Shown here one piece after another: positions 19,508 through 28,976 of a stretch of DNA of 64,000 bases. Position 1 is the first letter of the stretch. Each line of letters begins with the position of its first letter. Below the pieces are notes generated by a model, which was given only the letters and a program-made list of their open reading frames with translations, ran no database searches and was not told where the DNA came from. Made by a program: the position numbers and the translations under genes. The DNA comes from Candidatus Xenobia bacterium. Its GTDB lineage: Bacteria > Vulcanimicrobiota > Xenobia > Xenobiales > QWHO01. Location of the stretch: the NCBI GenBank assembly GCA_045863235.1, contig BTUM01000017.1, positions 52,224 through 116,223 on the forward strand. Reading direction: 5' to 3'.

Positions 19508-19975
19508 TTAGAAGGGGACGTCGTCCATGCCGATGTCGTCGTGGTTGAACCCGCCGCTATCCTTCTCTTGAGACCAGTTGCCGCCGGCTCCAGCGCCAAC
19601 CTTGACTTCCTCTCGCTCGCGCTCGCGCACCTGGGGTGGCGGACCGCCACCCTCGCGCGGGCTGAGCATCTGCATGTCGTCGGCCTGAATCTCAAAGTCC
19701 TTGCGCTTCTGGCCGTCCTGGGTCTCGTAGGTGCGGGTACGCAGAGCACCCGTGATGCAGACCAGCTTGCCCTTCTGCAAGTATTCATTACAGATCTCGG
19801 CCAGGCGACGCCAGGCCACGATGTTGATGAAGTCGGTTTCCTTTTCGTTATTGGGACCCTTGGGGCGGTCGACGGCCAGCGCGAACTTGGCCAGCGGAGT
19901 GCCCTGCGGGGTGTATCGGAGCTCAGGCTGCGCCACCACGCGGCCGATCAGGATGACTTTATTGAGGGAAGACAA
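19508..19975 (-). CDS. ssb: Single-stranded DNA-binding protein
   Basis: LNKVILIGR...PELRYTPQG...DFINIVAW; acidic DDVPF tail; TTG start after GAAAGGTGG. Confidence 0.96.
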   Translation of the reverse strand: MSSLNKVILIGRVVAQPELRYTPQGTPLAKFALAVDRPKGPNNEKETDFINIVAWRRLAEICNEYLQKGKLVCITGALRTRTYETQDGQKRKDFEIQADDMQMLSPREGGGPPPQVREREREEVKVGAGAGGNWSQEKDSGGFNHDDIGMDDVPF

Positions 19976-20219
19976 GGAAAGTCCACCTTTCTGGTTTGCC
20001 CATCCTGCCTTATGAGGACGGGCGATTCGGCCGATCTGGTCGATCGGCTCGGCCTTGACCGGCCAAGCTTCCAGGCCCGCCGAGACGACAGAGCCCTCAC
20101 GAAGCTCTGCCGCGTCCGCGGTCCTCGAATGCTCGAGGGTTAAGTTCCCGGTCGTCAAGCGGACACTCCGCTCGTTCTCGCTCTGGCGCCGCCGACCGGA
20201 AACGGCCCGCCAGGAAGGC

Positions 20220-20510
20220 TCAATTGGCCTTCATCAGGATGAACAGGGCGCGCAGCACCTCGTCGCTCAGCCGCATGACGCGGCGGAGCTCGGCGGCGGT
20301 GTCGCTGCCTGCGTGGAACCTCATGGTCACGTAAATGCCCTCCTGGCGCCCCTTCAGCTCGTAAGCCAGGCGGCGTTTGCCCCAGGTGTTCACGTCTACC
20401 ACTTCGCCACCCATACCCTTGACGTTCTGGGCATACTTCTCCGTCAGCCCGCTGACGGCTTCGTCTCCCAGAGCCGGGTCGAGAATATAGGTCACCTCAT
20501 AGTCCCGCAT
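20220..20510 (-). CDS. rpsF: 30S ribosomal protein S6
   Basis: MRDYEVTYILDP...WGKRRLAYE...G.Y; GGAGG RBS 8 nt upstream. Confidence 0.97.
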   Translation of the reverse strand: MRDYEVTYILDPALGDEAVSGLTEKYAQNVKGMGGEVVDVNTWGKRRLAYELKGRQEGIYVTMRFHAGSDTAAELRRVMRLSDEVLRALFILMKAN

Positions 20511-20516
20511 GTTCAC

Positions 20517-20592
20517 ATCCTCCTTCCTCTGGACACTCGGCTCCTCAGGCGAGCAAAGAAACTTCGCACGCCCCTTGGGAGCAGGAAGGAAT
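20517..20592 (-). promoter_or_regulatory. S6:S18-type ribosomal protein leader RNA
   Basis: UUCCUUCCU-GCUCC...GGAGC-CG-AGUGUCCAG-AGGAAGGAGG: stem with a CCG-containing internal bulge pairing into the RBS, matching the known S6:S18 leader architecture. Confidence 0.7.
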
Positions 20593-20747
20593 TCCGCGCC
20601 CGAGACGGGCCAGCGGAATCACCGTGGCTGGTGGCTTTCGAACAGAAACGATCTCCAGGTTTCCGTTTCCGCTCTGCTCAATCGGGCGCTCCCCGCTCGA
20701 ACTGGAGGCCACCGCCTATCTTCTGCACGTTGACGGAAGATTGGGCG

Positions 20748-20776
20748 ATTATAGCACCCGCCTCAGACGGGCGCAA
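20748..20776 (-). promoter_or_regulatory. Sigma70 promoter of the rpsF operon
   Basis: TTGCGC-N17-TATAAT with extended -10 (TGnTATAAT). Confidence 0.8.
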
Positions 20777-21019
20777 CCACGGAAGGTTGTTCGACTCTTG
20801 AGGGGTTTTCTTCAAGTCTCCCCCCTCTCCTCTCGAACGGATATTCTAAAGTTCGCCCCATGAACCATGCCAGGGGACGTATGTTTCGAGCCATGTTTGA
20901 AACATAACCAAGCACGAGAGAAGACGACGAAGTTCAGCTGTGGTCGAACGCTCCTGTCGCTGCTGACTGATGCAACCTCGGCGCTCTTTCCAAAGTGCGA
21001 GCACATTAGCCAGGCAGAC

Positions 21020-22072
21020 TCAGGGGCGGACGGCTCGATAGCCTTCCAGGTAGCCAGCGCGGAAGCCCGCCAGACCGCCCACCAGTCCGCCCCCCACGAA
21101 GTCGCGATTCTTGTTGGCGATCGACTCGCCCAGGTCGGGAGCCTGCTGATGCACGGTGGAAACCTGATCGCGAATCCGATCGGCCATGCGGGATGCTCCT
21201 CGATAGGCGACCAGGGCGCCCACGGCCAGACCGGCCCCGGCTCCGACCCCAAGGGCGACCGAGCCACCCACCAGAGAGCCCAGATAGGCGCCGATCCCGG
21301 CCGTACCCAAGGTGGAGACCGTGGCGATCAACCGGGGGCTCCAGTGCCCCGGGCTTCCCAGGGCCTCGGCCAGGCCCTGTGCCAGACCCGGAGGCACCAT
21401 CAACAGGCCGGTTGCGATGCCGACTGCCGCGCCCACGAGCGATGGCTTGCGAGGAGCGCTCTCCAGCCTCTCATACTGGCCGCGCAAGACGGCCCCGGCA
21501 TGGTCCCAGGCCTGCAAGATTCCAGCCGCATAGCCCTGTCCCTCACGCCAACCCACGCGGGCGCCGTCCATCACGGCCACCTTGACGCCTGTCGCGGCTC
21601 CCCTGGCCGCCCCTGCCCAGCCGGACTTTTGTGGGTCAAGCTGGGCTGCCAACCGGCCCGCCAGAGCCTCGGAACTGCCCCCCCGGCTGACCATGGCCAC
21701 GGTCACGCCACCCACCAGACCCTTGGTCAGAAAGGCATCGACGAACCCGGCCATCCCCCCGCTCGAGTTCAGGGCCAAACCCAGCCCGAGGCTGGCCTGC
21801 AAGCCGTTGGTGATATCCAGGGCCAGGCCGATCTTCTTGTCGCTGGCGCTCGGGTCGGCGCCCTTGAGGGCCCCACCCACCACACAGGGCAAGAGAGCTC
21901 CGGGAATCTTGGTGGCAGCGCCCAGGAAGCCACCGATCCCCTCGACGATCTTGCGGCCGGTGCTCGCTGTGCCGATCTCGCGGGGAATCTCCCGGGGAAC
22001 CGATTGCTCGACCGGGGCCGGAGACGCTGGCCGGGGTCGAGTCAGGGGCAAGGTCAGGGCAGCCAGGTGCAT
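21020..22072 (-). CDS. Gly/Ala-rich glycine-zipper membrane-type hypothetical protein
   Basis: Pro-rich N-terminal leader; internally duplicated Gly-rich hydrophobic halves; coupled to the upstream gene at 22072. Confidence 0.75.
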   Translation of the reverse strand: MHLAALTLPLTRPRPASPAPVEQSVPREIPREIGTASTGRKIVEGIGGFLGAATKIPGALLPCVVGGALKGADPSASDKKIGLALDITNGLQASLGLGLALNSSGGMAGFVDAFLTKGLVGGVTVAMVSRGGSSEALAGRLAAQLDPQKSGWAGAARGAATGVKVAVMDGARVGWREGQGYAAGILQAWDHAGAVLRGQYERLESAPRKPSLVGAAVGIATGLLMVPPGLAQGLAEALGSPGHWSPRLIATVSTLGTAGIGAYLGSLVGGSVALGVGAGAGLAVGALVAYRGASRMADRIRDQVSTVHQQAPDLGESIANKNRDFVGGGLVGGLAGFRAGYLEGYRAVRP

Positions 22073-23265
22073 CAGGAGTTTCCTGCCGGTGGCTGAGCCA
22101 GCGTTTCCACCACTTTGCCCCGAAACTTCTCGCGCGTGTCATCGTAGGGCACGCCACTCAGCTGCGAGGTCACGGCCCCGAGCTGGCGATGGATCTCGAC
22201 GGTCAATGCGTTGGTTCCCTCGCGAATGGAACGATTGCGGAACTCGGCTGTCTTGATCGGCTTTCCAATCACGACGCGAGCGATGTCTCGATCGCGCCAC
22301 CCTTTCACGATGCCATAGGTGGCCAGGGCCCCGGTGAAGCCGGTCACTCCGGCCACGACTCCGGCAGCCTCCGGGAAGAGGGCGGCAGAGAATCCTCCCA
22401 CGGCAGCCCCGGCAGCCGCCCCCAGACTTCCCGCGTTGAGCATCGCGAAGTATTTCGGGAAGGGGTCGAACCACTCGGGATTGTCTGTGCGGTCGTAGAT
22501 CATTTTTCCGGCCGCGTAGGCGCCCGTGAGAGCCCCCGCCAGGGTAGCGACTGCAATGCGAGCCGGATATCCGCCGATGGCTCCGGCCGCAAGGCCGGAG
22601 GCGGCCACTCCGACTGCGGCCAGAGCACCGACCAGCGTCTCACCCGTGCGCTTCTTATCGTCCTGGATGTAGCGGATCCCGATCGGTACGACCGATTCGG
22701 CCCCGCCGCGTAAAGCAAAATAGGCCGCCCCCTTCTTCAGGGGACCGACGTGCCCGTCTTTCTGGGGGTCGGCGATCCCGCCCTCGGGAAAAATACACAG
22801 TCCATGGCCCGCCTTGAGAGTATCCACGCAGTGACGCATCGTCTTGATGTTGGGCTGCTCGCGATTGAGAGGGAACGCGCCCCCCCAGGTCATCATCTTG
22901 CCGCGGAAGCCATCGAATACGTAGACATTGGCCAGATAGCGCATCTGGCGAGGGGTCAGGGCGGCCACCAGGGGTGGGTCGAACATGCTGGGGTGAGCCG
23001 GAGCATAGACATGCGCCCCGGTGTGAGGCATGTTCTCCTCGCCCTCGACTTCCAAACGGAAGCACCCGGCGATCAGGGCCTTGTTCAGAGTGCGGCACAA
23101 AGTTTGAAAACGCGGGTGCGAAAGCCCGTCGTCCGGGCCCGTATAGCCTGGCACATAATGCCCAAAGCTCCTGGTTTGCTCGACCTCAGGCTCCTGGCCC
23201 CGGTTGGAGGAAGCGTCTGCCCTGGCAGGCAGGCGCGCCGGGAGAACAGATGCATGGACTTGCAT
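22072..23265 (-). CDS. PlsC-family acyltransferase with glycine-zipper insertion
   Basis: HPSMFD (HxxxxD), GAFPLNR, IFPEGG, KKGAA, VPIGI; ~105-aa Gly/Ala hydrophobic insert before VVIGKPI. Confidence 0.88.
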   Translation of the reverse strand: MQVHASVLPARLPARADASSNRGQEPEVEQTRSFGHYVPGYTGPDDGLSHPRFQTLCRTLNKALIAGCFRLEVEGEENMPHTGAHVYAPAHPSMFDPPLVAALTPRQMRYLANVYVFDGFRGKMMTWGGAFPLNREQPNIKTMRHCVDTLKAGHGLCIFPEGGIADPQKDGHVGPLKKGAAYFALRGGAESVVPIGIRYIQDDKKRTGETLVGALAAVGVAASGLAAGAIGGYPARIAVATLAGALTGAYAAGKMIYDRTDNPEWFDPFPKYFAMLNAGSLGAAAGAAVGGFSAALFPEAAGVVAGVTGFTGALATYGIVKGWRDRDIARVVIGKPIKTAEFRNRSIREGTNALTVEIHRQLGAVTSQLSGVPYDDTREKFRGKVVETLAQPPAGNS

Positions 23266-23298
23266 GACAACTCCAGAATCAGTTTGTGGATTTTGACT

Positions 23299-23332
23299 CA
23301 CCCTGCCACGGGTCGCTCAAAGAACTCTGAAA
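23299..23332 (-). promoter_or_regulatory. Conserved upstream element, copy 1
   Basis: 26/34 ungapped identity to 28977-29010, same orientation and similar distance to the ATG. Confidence 0.65.
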
Positions 23333-23389
23333 GCCCTCCCTGGAGCGGTTTTTAAACTTTCTGTCAGGCTGCGAGCGCTAGAATGTCGT

Positions 23390-24538
23390 ATGCAACTACA
23401 GCCGTTCACACTGTGCGCGCCGGGGGGTTATAGCGCTGTTCGACCCACCGCCGCTGCGAGCTCCGATCGGCTGCCCGAGGACCTCTATGTCTCAGGCAAC
23501 CAGGTCAGCGTGCGCAACTCAGCCGCCCTGGCCCGCACGCTGGTGCCTCCTGGCCTATCACAGTCGCGCATCGACCACATCTGCTCGCAGACCAATCCGG
23601 TGCTGCGCAACCTGCAAATCACCGATTACTACCACGACGTGGCTGTCGCACTGCGCGACATGATCGGGCCGCAAGGAGGCAATAACTGGCCAGCCTGGGC
23701 GTGCTGGGCCTCCAAGCACGTGGGCGAGCACATCCGCAGAGAAGATCTTCCCTTCCTGCGGGGTACCTGCAAGGTCACCGCCACTCTGGCTCATTACCTG
23801 CTGCCACCGGGCTTACGCAATATCATCTGGGGACCCAACGACGCGATGAATCGCGCTCACGAAGCCATCGCCTCGGCAAACAAAGCCATCTTCGAACGGA
23901 CCACTCCCCACTTTACCCGTTTCGTCTCAACCTTCTCCGGCGACAAGGAGCTGGATGAGGCCAAATGGACGAAGTTTGCCAGCCATTTCCGCCCGGGCAC
24001 TTATGAGGAAGGCGGCGAGGAGATGCTCTGGAAAGGCTTTCGCAGCTACTACGAAGCCATGTTTGAGCCCGATCCAAAGAAGAAGGCTGAGCTGGTGCTT
24101 CTGGGCAACACCCATGTCGTTTACGATGAGCAGATGCATGCTCACGAGGAGATCAACGAAGCACTTCCGTGGTATGCCGGCCGCCCGGTCACCTCGATGT
24201 CTCTTTACCTGGATACCCCGACTGAAACGCTCCGATTGGGCAAGGACTTGCCGGTCCGGCCTGACGGCAAGCTCTTCCCTCCTCTCCTGGAGTCCTTGGA
24301 GAACCCCGATCTGAAAGAGGCTTTCCAGGCATTCAGTCGAGCCAACGGCCTCAACGTCGCGGAGGGAACCCTCGAGGGATCTCGCTGCGTGGATTATCGC
24401 AGTTTAGACGAGCGCATGAACCTGATCGTGAATGTCTTCCGCACCCGCCACGACGACGCCAGCTTGTTCCAGGCCCCCTTCAACCCCGAGCAGACCCACC
24501 TGATTCACAACGGCCAGGTGCCGAAGGGCCACCTCTGA
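23390..24538 (+). CDS. Conserved hypothetical protein with disordered N-terminal leader
   Basis: 382 aa; PVLRNLQIT..Y...NW..WA.WASK..G..IR.EDLP motif that I recall from uncharacterised proteins. Confidence 0.8.
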   Translation: MQLQPFTLCAPGGYSAVRPTAAASSDRLPEDLYVSGNQVSVRNSAALARTLVPPGLSQSRIDHICSQTNPVLRNLQITDYYHDVAVALRDMIGPQGGNNWPAWACWASKHVGEHIRREDLPFLRGTCKVTATLAHYLLPPGLRNIIWGPNDAMNRAHEAIASANKAIFERTTPHFTRFVSTFSGDKELDEAKWTKFASHFRPGTYEEGGEEMLWKGFRSYYEAMFEPDPKKKAELVLLGNTHVVYDEQMHAHEEINEALPWYAGRPVTSMSLYLDTPTETLRLGKDLPVRPDGKLFPPLLESLENPDLKEAFQAFSRANGLNVAEGTLEGSRCVDYRSLDERMNLIVNVFRTRHDDASLFQAPFNPEQTHLIHNGQVPKGHL

Positions 24539-25073
24539 TCAACCTAAGTTTCCCTGCCGGCCAGCGCTGAGCAAGCCAACGTTCCAGTTCGAGCGGGCAG
24601 GCCTCGGGTTTGCCATCCACCTCGAGCCACAACCACGGGCCGACCTCTCCCGCCAACCGATCGGCCAGCCCCTCGAGCCCGTCGAAAGGGTAGCAAGGAA
24701 CACCCTCCACGACCTCCTCCCCGACGGCCGCCCACATCTCGGCCGGCTCGAGCAGCGCAGGCCCGCCTCTGATCACTTCGATGCGGGGGACGTCGTTGCG
24801 GGTCTTGAAGCCCTCCAGCAGCACGAGATCGGCCGCCGGCCACTCGGCCTCGAGCCCGAACCAGGTATGTCCGCCAGGTCCGCAGATCCCAACCGGCCAC
24901 GCGCCCGCCCGACGCAGACGATCGGTGTCGCTCCCCTCGCGATCAGCCCAGAGCTCGTGGTGTGTATGCTTGAGGACAGCCACCTGAAGACCTCGAGCGC
25001 GCAACAGGGGAACCAGGCGCTCTAACACCCAGGTCTTGCCGACCCCCGAGCGGCCCACGAAGGCCACGATCAA
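24480..25073 (-). CDS. mobB: Molybdopterin-guanine dinucleotide biosynthesis protein B
   Basis: VAFVGRSGVGKT, VAVLKHTHH, D.EGSDT.R..AGA, DLVLLEGFK; TTG start coupled to the upstream stop. Confidence 0.85.
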   Translation of the reverse strand: MIVAFVGRSGVGKTWVLERLVPLLRARGLQVAVLKHTHHELWADREGSDTDRLRRAGAWPVGICGPGGHTWFGLEAEWPAADLVLLEGFKTRNDVPRIEVIRGGPALLEPAEMWAAVGEEVVEGVPCYPFDGLEGLADRLAGEVGPWLWLEVDGKPEACPLELERWLAQRWPAGKLRLIRGGPSAPGRCESGGSARG

Positions 25074-26554
25074 CGGATGCTGACCGGCGTTCCCAACTGG
25101 ATGCGAGAGTAAAGTTCTTCGACGTCCTCGACATACATCCGGATGCACCCGTGCGAAGCCCGCGAGCCGATGGAGCCTGCATCATTGGTACCGTGGATCC
25201 CGACCACGCCGGAATTCAAGCCAATCCAGCGGGTACCCAGGGGGTTGTTGGGTCCCGGGGCGATGGGTTGAGCTTCGCGAGCCCAGGCCGAGTCGGGCGG
25301 TAACCAGGTCGGGTCGACCACCATATCGGCCACATGGAACTCTCCCTTCGGGGTCGGGTAAGCGGCCTGCCCGTGGGCTATGGGATAAGACTTGATCTTC
25401 CGCCCATTCTCAGTCAGCTCGAGCACGAAGTCGTTCAGATAGACCACGATGCGCGGCCCGAGCTCGGCCAGAGTCGCCGCGCCGACCTTGCCGTCCGGCT
25501 CCAAGCCCTGCTCGTGCTGAAAGGCGCTCACGGCCTCGCAGGTAGCCTGGTCGAACAGGCCGGTGATCTCCTCCTTGTGCAGCAGGCCGCGAGCCACGAG
25601 CTTCTTCTGTAACTGCTTCACGTCTGCCCCGCGTGCTCCCACCGTCAGCGTGTGCAGACCCAGGGCTTCAGTGGAGTCGACGATGAACCACCATTTCTGC
25701 TCGGCGCTCCAGCCGGCTTTATCCCGCGCGGTCAGGACCACTTCCCGGCGGCCCTCGCTCATCAGGCCGGTGGCGAAGGCCAGGTTGCCACTGGCGTCGG
25801 AGGCGGGACGACGCTCGAGCTCCTGGCCGTCCAGGGTGACCCGAACAGATTCCAGCCCGCTGTCCGGGTCGGAGGCACTCACAAAGAGAAGCCCACCGTT
25901 CTTCCCGATCACGGCCGAAGGTGCGGGCGTGACCGCCCCGGCCAGCGGTGGATGCTGGTCGCAGATCAAGCTCTTCTCGAGAACGGTCTGGTTGCCGGCC
26001 AGATCGGCCGCGGTCAAGACCAGGGCATTGATCCCGTCCTTGAGCTGGAGGTCGGCCACGAAATTGCCCTGCTCGTCGACCACGGCACCCACCTCTTGCT
26101 CACCCAGGCGCACCACCAGCCGGGCTCCCGGCTCGGTCTGACCGGTCAGGTGCAGGGCAGCCTCGGGCACAATCGAGGGGGTGCTGAGCGTCAGGGAGGG
26201 AGCTTCGCTGTCCAGTCGCACCGTCCAGACCTTCTCCACGAAACGCACCGGAATGAGCGGAAACAACTTGATCCGCACCTGGTTCGGACCCTCTTGGAGT
26301 TGGGCTGGCCGGCCCGACTCGATGGTCGCCTGCCCCCAGAGGATGCGGGGAGGCAGCAACCGGTCGTTGACTCGAATCTCGGCCCGCGAGGGAATGCCAA
26401 AAAAGCCGACTCGAATCACGGCATCGCTCTGGTGGGTTACAGAGCGGGGCTCGAGCCCTCCCAGGCGCAAAGTGAGAAGACCCAGACACGACTCCAACGC
26501 AATCAGCGCCAGAACCAGGACCAGGACCAGTATTTTCGCTCCCAGATGCTTCAT
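25070..26554 (-). CDS. L,D-transpeptidase with Ig-like and peptidoglycan-binding domains
   Basis: N-terminal TM; Ig-like repeats (A.D.AGN); G.DVKQLQ..L...FQ...GL..DG.VG..T; NPLGTRWIGL...GIHGT...SIG..ASHGCIRM. Confidence 0.92.
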   Translation of the reverse strand: MKHLGAKILVLVLVLALIALESCLGLLTLRLGGLEPRSVTHQSDAVIRVGFFGIPSRAEIRVNDRLLPPRILWGQATIESGRPAQLQEGPNQVRIKLFPLIPVRFVEKVWTVRLDSEAPSLTLSTPSIVPEAALHLTGQTEPGARLVVRLGEQEVGAVVDEQGNFVADLQLKDGINALVLTAADLAGNQTVLEKSLICDQHPPLAGAVTPAPSAVIGKNGGLLFVSASDPDSGLESVRVTLDGQELERRPASDASGNLAFATGLMSEGRREVVLTARDKAGWSAEQKWWFIVDSTEALGLHTLTVGARGADVKQLQKKLVARGLLHKEEITGLFDQATCEAVSAFQHEQGLEPDGKVGAATLAELGPRIVVYLNDFVLELTENGRKIKSYPIAHGQAAYPTPKGEFHVADMVVDPTWLPPDSAWAREAQPIAPGPNNPLGTRWIGLNSGVVGIHGTNDAGSIGSRASHGCIRMYVEDVEELYSRIQLGTPVSIR

Positions 26555-26617
26555 CGTCGTGCTATGGGCTGTACCCTCATCCGTCCAGGATGTCAAGAAA
26601 ATTTTCGCTCCGCCCAG

Positions 26618-26695
26618 GAGCGCAGCCGGAAACCCCCTTGACACGGTTTCTCCGGCTGCGAGACGCCAAACATATTGTGCTAGAAGTCCGGCCGC
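26618..26695. repeat. Repeat family B copy (lacks second closing arm)
   Basis: Near-identical to 36949-37023; hairpin CGCAGCCGGA...TCCGGCTGCG. Confidence 0.85.
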
Positions 26696-26780
26696 GCAGG
26701 TCTGTTCGATTGTAGCATATCTGCGAAAGATATTCACCAACCTATCCAGGAGAGCAAGATATTTCGGGGAATGGAGGTCC

Positions 26781-27473
26781 ATGCCAAGCCATGGCTACGT
26801 GCTCTACCTGGCCCTGGGTGACAGCCTCAGCATCGACAAGTTTGCCGGTCCGGGGCTGGGCGCAGCCTCCTTACTGTACCGTAATCAAGACCAGCTCCAT
26901 GGCGAGTTTGTCGGGCGCGACCTGGTGCACCTCAACCCTGCCTGCCGGCTGTTGAACCGAGCTGAAGACGGGCAGACCAGCGAAGCGGTGCTCGACCAGC
27001 TCGATCATCTTCCCCGCGAGAGCGGTCCGACCCTGATCACCTTGACGGTGGGGGGCAACGACCTGATCGCTCTCTTAAACCACGGCTCGCGCGATCTGAC
27101 CGAAGTCCTGGCTCGAATCGAGTCCATCGTGCGCTTCTTGAAAGGCTACTACCCGAGTTCCACCGTCCTGCTCGGCAACGTTTACGACCCCAGCGATGGA
27201 ACCGGGCGCGTGCAGAGCGGCCACGAGCGATTTGCTCCCGGTCTACCGGTCCTGGGCCAGCTCAACGGCCGCCTGCGAGAGCTGGCCGCCGCCACAAGCG
27301 TCCGCTTGATCGACATTTACGGCCACTTTCTCGGCCACGGGCTGCGCCACGCCGACCCAGGCTTCGCCCACTACCACCCGGACGACCCAACAGGCTGGAT
27401 CTGCTTCGACATCGAGCCCAATCCGAGAGGGTCCTCGGAGATCCGTCGACTGTTCTGGGAGGCCCTGCCATGA
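26781..27473 (+). CDS. SGNH/GDSL hydrolase
   Basis: ALGDSLS, DG.TS, TVGGNDL, DIEPN..G (the usual DxxH His appears as Glu); GGAGG RBS. Confidence 0.85.
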   Translation: MPSHGYVLYLALGDSLSIDKFAGPGLGAASLLYRNQDQLHGEFVGRDLVHLNPACRLLNRAEDGQTSEAVLDQLDHLPRESGPTLITLTVGGNDLIALLNHGSRDLTEVLARIESIVRFLKGYYPSSTVLLGNVYDPSDGTGRVQSGHERFAPGLPVLGQLNGRLRELAAATSVRLIDIYGHFLGHGLRHADPGFAHYHPDDPTGWICFDIEPNPRGSSEIRRLFWEALP

Positions 27474-28327
27474 AAGAGAAGCTCGAGCGGCTGCGTAGTC
27501 GGCTCCCGAACATGCAACCGACCCGCCTTGAAACCTCGGACTTTCTCTGGGATCTGAGCGAGGAAGACATCATCCGAACCCTGGTGCGCAACGAGCATTC
27601 CGGCCTGCTCTTTGGCCGCTTCGCCCCCGAGAAGGTGCTCGAGGAGCTCGAGGAGGTCAGCATTCTGAGCGCTCTGCGCCGGCGCGGATATCACCACTTT
27701 GAGGCCTACTGCGGCTCGGCTCCCGGAATGCCGCCGCTGACCCTTTTCGAAGACCGATTCACGGTGTTTGGAACAGCCGAGGGACAGCGCTACCTGCTGG
27801 TGGAGCTCAAGACCCACTGGGGCACGCTGCTCTTCCCACCGGATGGAACCTCCATCCGCGCTCTTATCTGGGACTGGGTGAGTTTTCAGCACCCTCTGGG
27901 CCAGTTCACCCCTGACCGCCCTCCCTTGCCCGGTCAGGAGCACCCCGGACTGGGGATCTTTCGACGCTCGCTCGACATGCTGCTGAACTGGTCCAAACGG
28001 ATGGAATTAGACGCCGTGGTCAACATCCCCGAATATTTCCACAACGGCGTGCTCTATTCGTCTCATTTTCACTTCGTCACCCCTCAGTTGGAGGGTCGAC
28101 TGAAGGCCCTCTGCCGCGACCTGCTGCCTCGCGGGCTGGTGGCCGCTTCCTGGGCTCTGGCCGAAGGCAGGGTGCTCGACCACGAAGGCGAGGTCGTGCG
28201 CTGGGCCCCGGCCGAGCAGGTCTTCGCGATGCAGGGGAAGGTGGCCGACTACTTCGATTCACCGGCATACCAAGAGACGGTGGCTGAAACCACCGCCTCT
28301 TTGAGCTACCACTACGCAGAGGAGTAG
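27470..28327 (+). CDS. Conserved hypothetical protein (possible GNAT-like fold)
   Basis: W...QHP...F...RP.LPGQEHPGLG and N.PEYFHN..LY motifs; ATGA-coupled to the SGNH gene. Confidence 0.7.
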   Translation: MKEKLERLRSRLPNMQPTRLETSDFLWDLSEEDIIRTLVRNEHSGLLFGRFAPEKVLEELEEVSILSALRRRGYHHFEAYCGSAPGMPPLTLFEDRFTVFGTAEGQRYLLVELKTHWGTLLFPPDGTSIRALIWDWVSFQHPLGQFTPDRPPLPGQEHPGLGIFRRSLDMLLNWSKRMELDAVVNIPEYFHNGVLYSSHFHFVTPQLEGRLKALCRDLLPRGLVAASWALAEGRVLDHEGEVVRWAPAEQVFAMQGKVADYFDSPAYQETVAETTASLSYHYAEE

Positions 28328-28331
28328 AGAC

Positions 28332-28940
28332 TCAGAACGGGGAGTCTTCCCCCATCCCTCCACCCCCGGCCAGCTTCATGGCCAGTTGGAGCTTGAGCAT
28401 CTCCTGCATCTCCGGAGTGATGCGAATCTGTTTCTGGCTGGAGAAGGTGCCATCGGCGTGGGCGATCGCGATCTCCCGCCAGGTACCCTGAGTGCGCGAA
28501 TAGACCGTGTCGCCATCCTCTCTGACGATGGCCAGCTCTTGCTCATCGCCCTCGCGAACCACTCGCTGGCGGAATTCTTGAACCTCGCCGCTGGTGGTAT
28601 CGAAACGGAGGAAGGCGTCATGCGACTCGGTCACCTGGCTGATGAATCCCAGGCCCTGGCCGCTCACCTGGCGGTTCGCGTAACCGGCCTGGCCCTTCTC
28701 GGGGAAGAGGTCGTCCTGGCCACTTTCGTCGAGCTTCTTGAGGTCGGCCACGATCGGGGCTGCTTTGGCCTCTACCTCGGCGATCAGCTTCATCGCATTG
28801 GAGCGCTCTCGTAGCTTGTCCCACTCGGTCTTCTCCGCCGGGGTCGGTAGCGTCACCTCTTCCTCTGCCGCCGCCTGTGGGAATGCTTTCCGCGGTAGCA
28901 AGAGTCCCCCACCCTGGCCAGGAATCAAGATCCGCTGCAT
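28332..28940 (-). CDS. Hypothetical protein with low-complexity N-terminal leader
   Basis: 202-aa ORF with an AT-rich upstream region. Confidence 0.75.
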   Translation of the reverse strand: MQRILIPGQGGGLLLPRKAFPQAAAEEEVTLPTPAEKTEWDKLRERSNAMKLIAEVEAKAAPIVADLKKLDESGQDDLFPEKGQAGYANRQVSGQGLGFISQVTESHDAFLRFDTTSGEVQEFRQRVVREGDEQELAIVREDGDTVYSRTQGTWREIAIAHADGTFSSQKQIRITPEMQEMLKLQLAMKLAGGGGMGEDSPF

Positions 28941-28976
28941 ACTTCATCGCCCCAATCTGATATTTAGTTGTAACCA

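Noticed and set aside
23379..23392. Leaderless transcript (TAGAAT 5 nt before ATG 23390)
   Set aside because: Plausible, since no RBS is visible, but there is no -35 or extended -10 support; too weak to call without TSS data.
26638..26678. TTGACA in repeat family B as a sigma70 -35 box
   Set aside because: No -10-like hexamer at 16-18 bp; TATTGT lies about 29 bp away.
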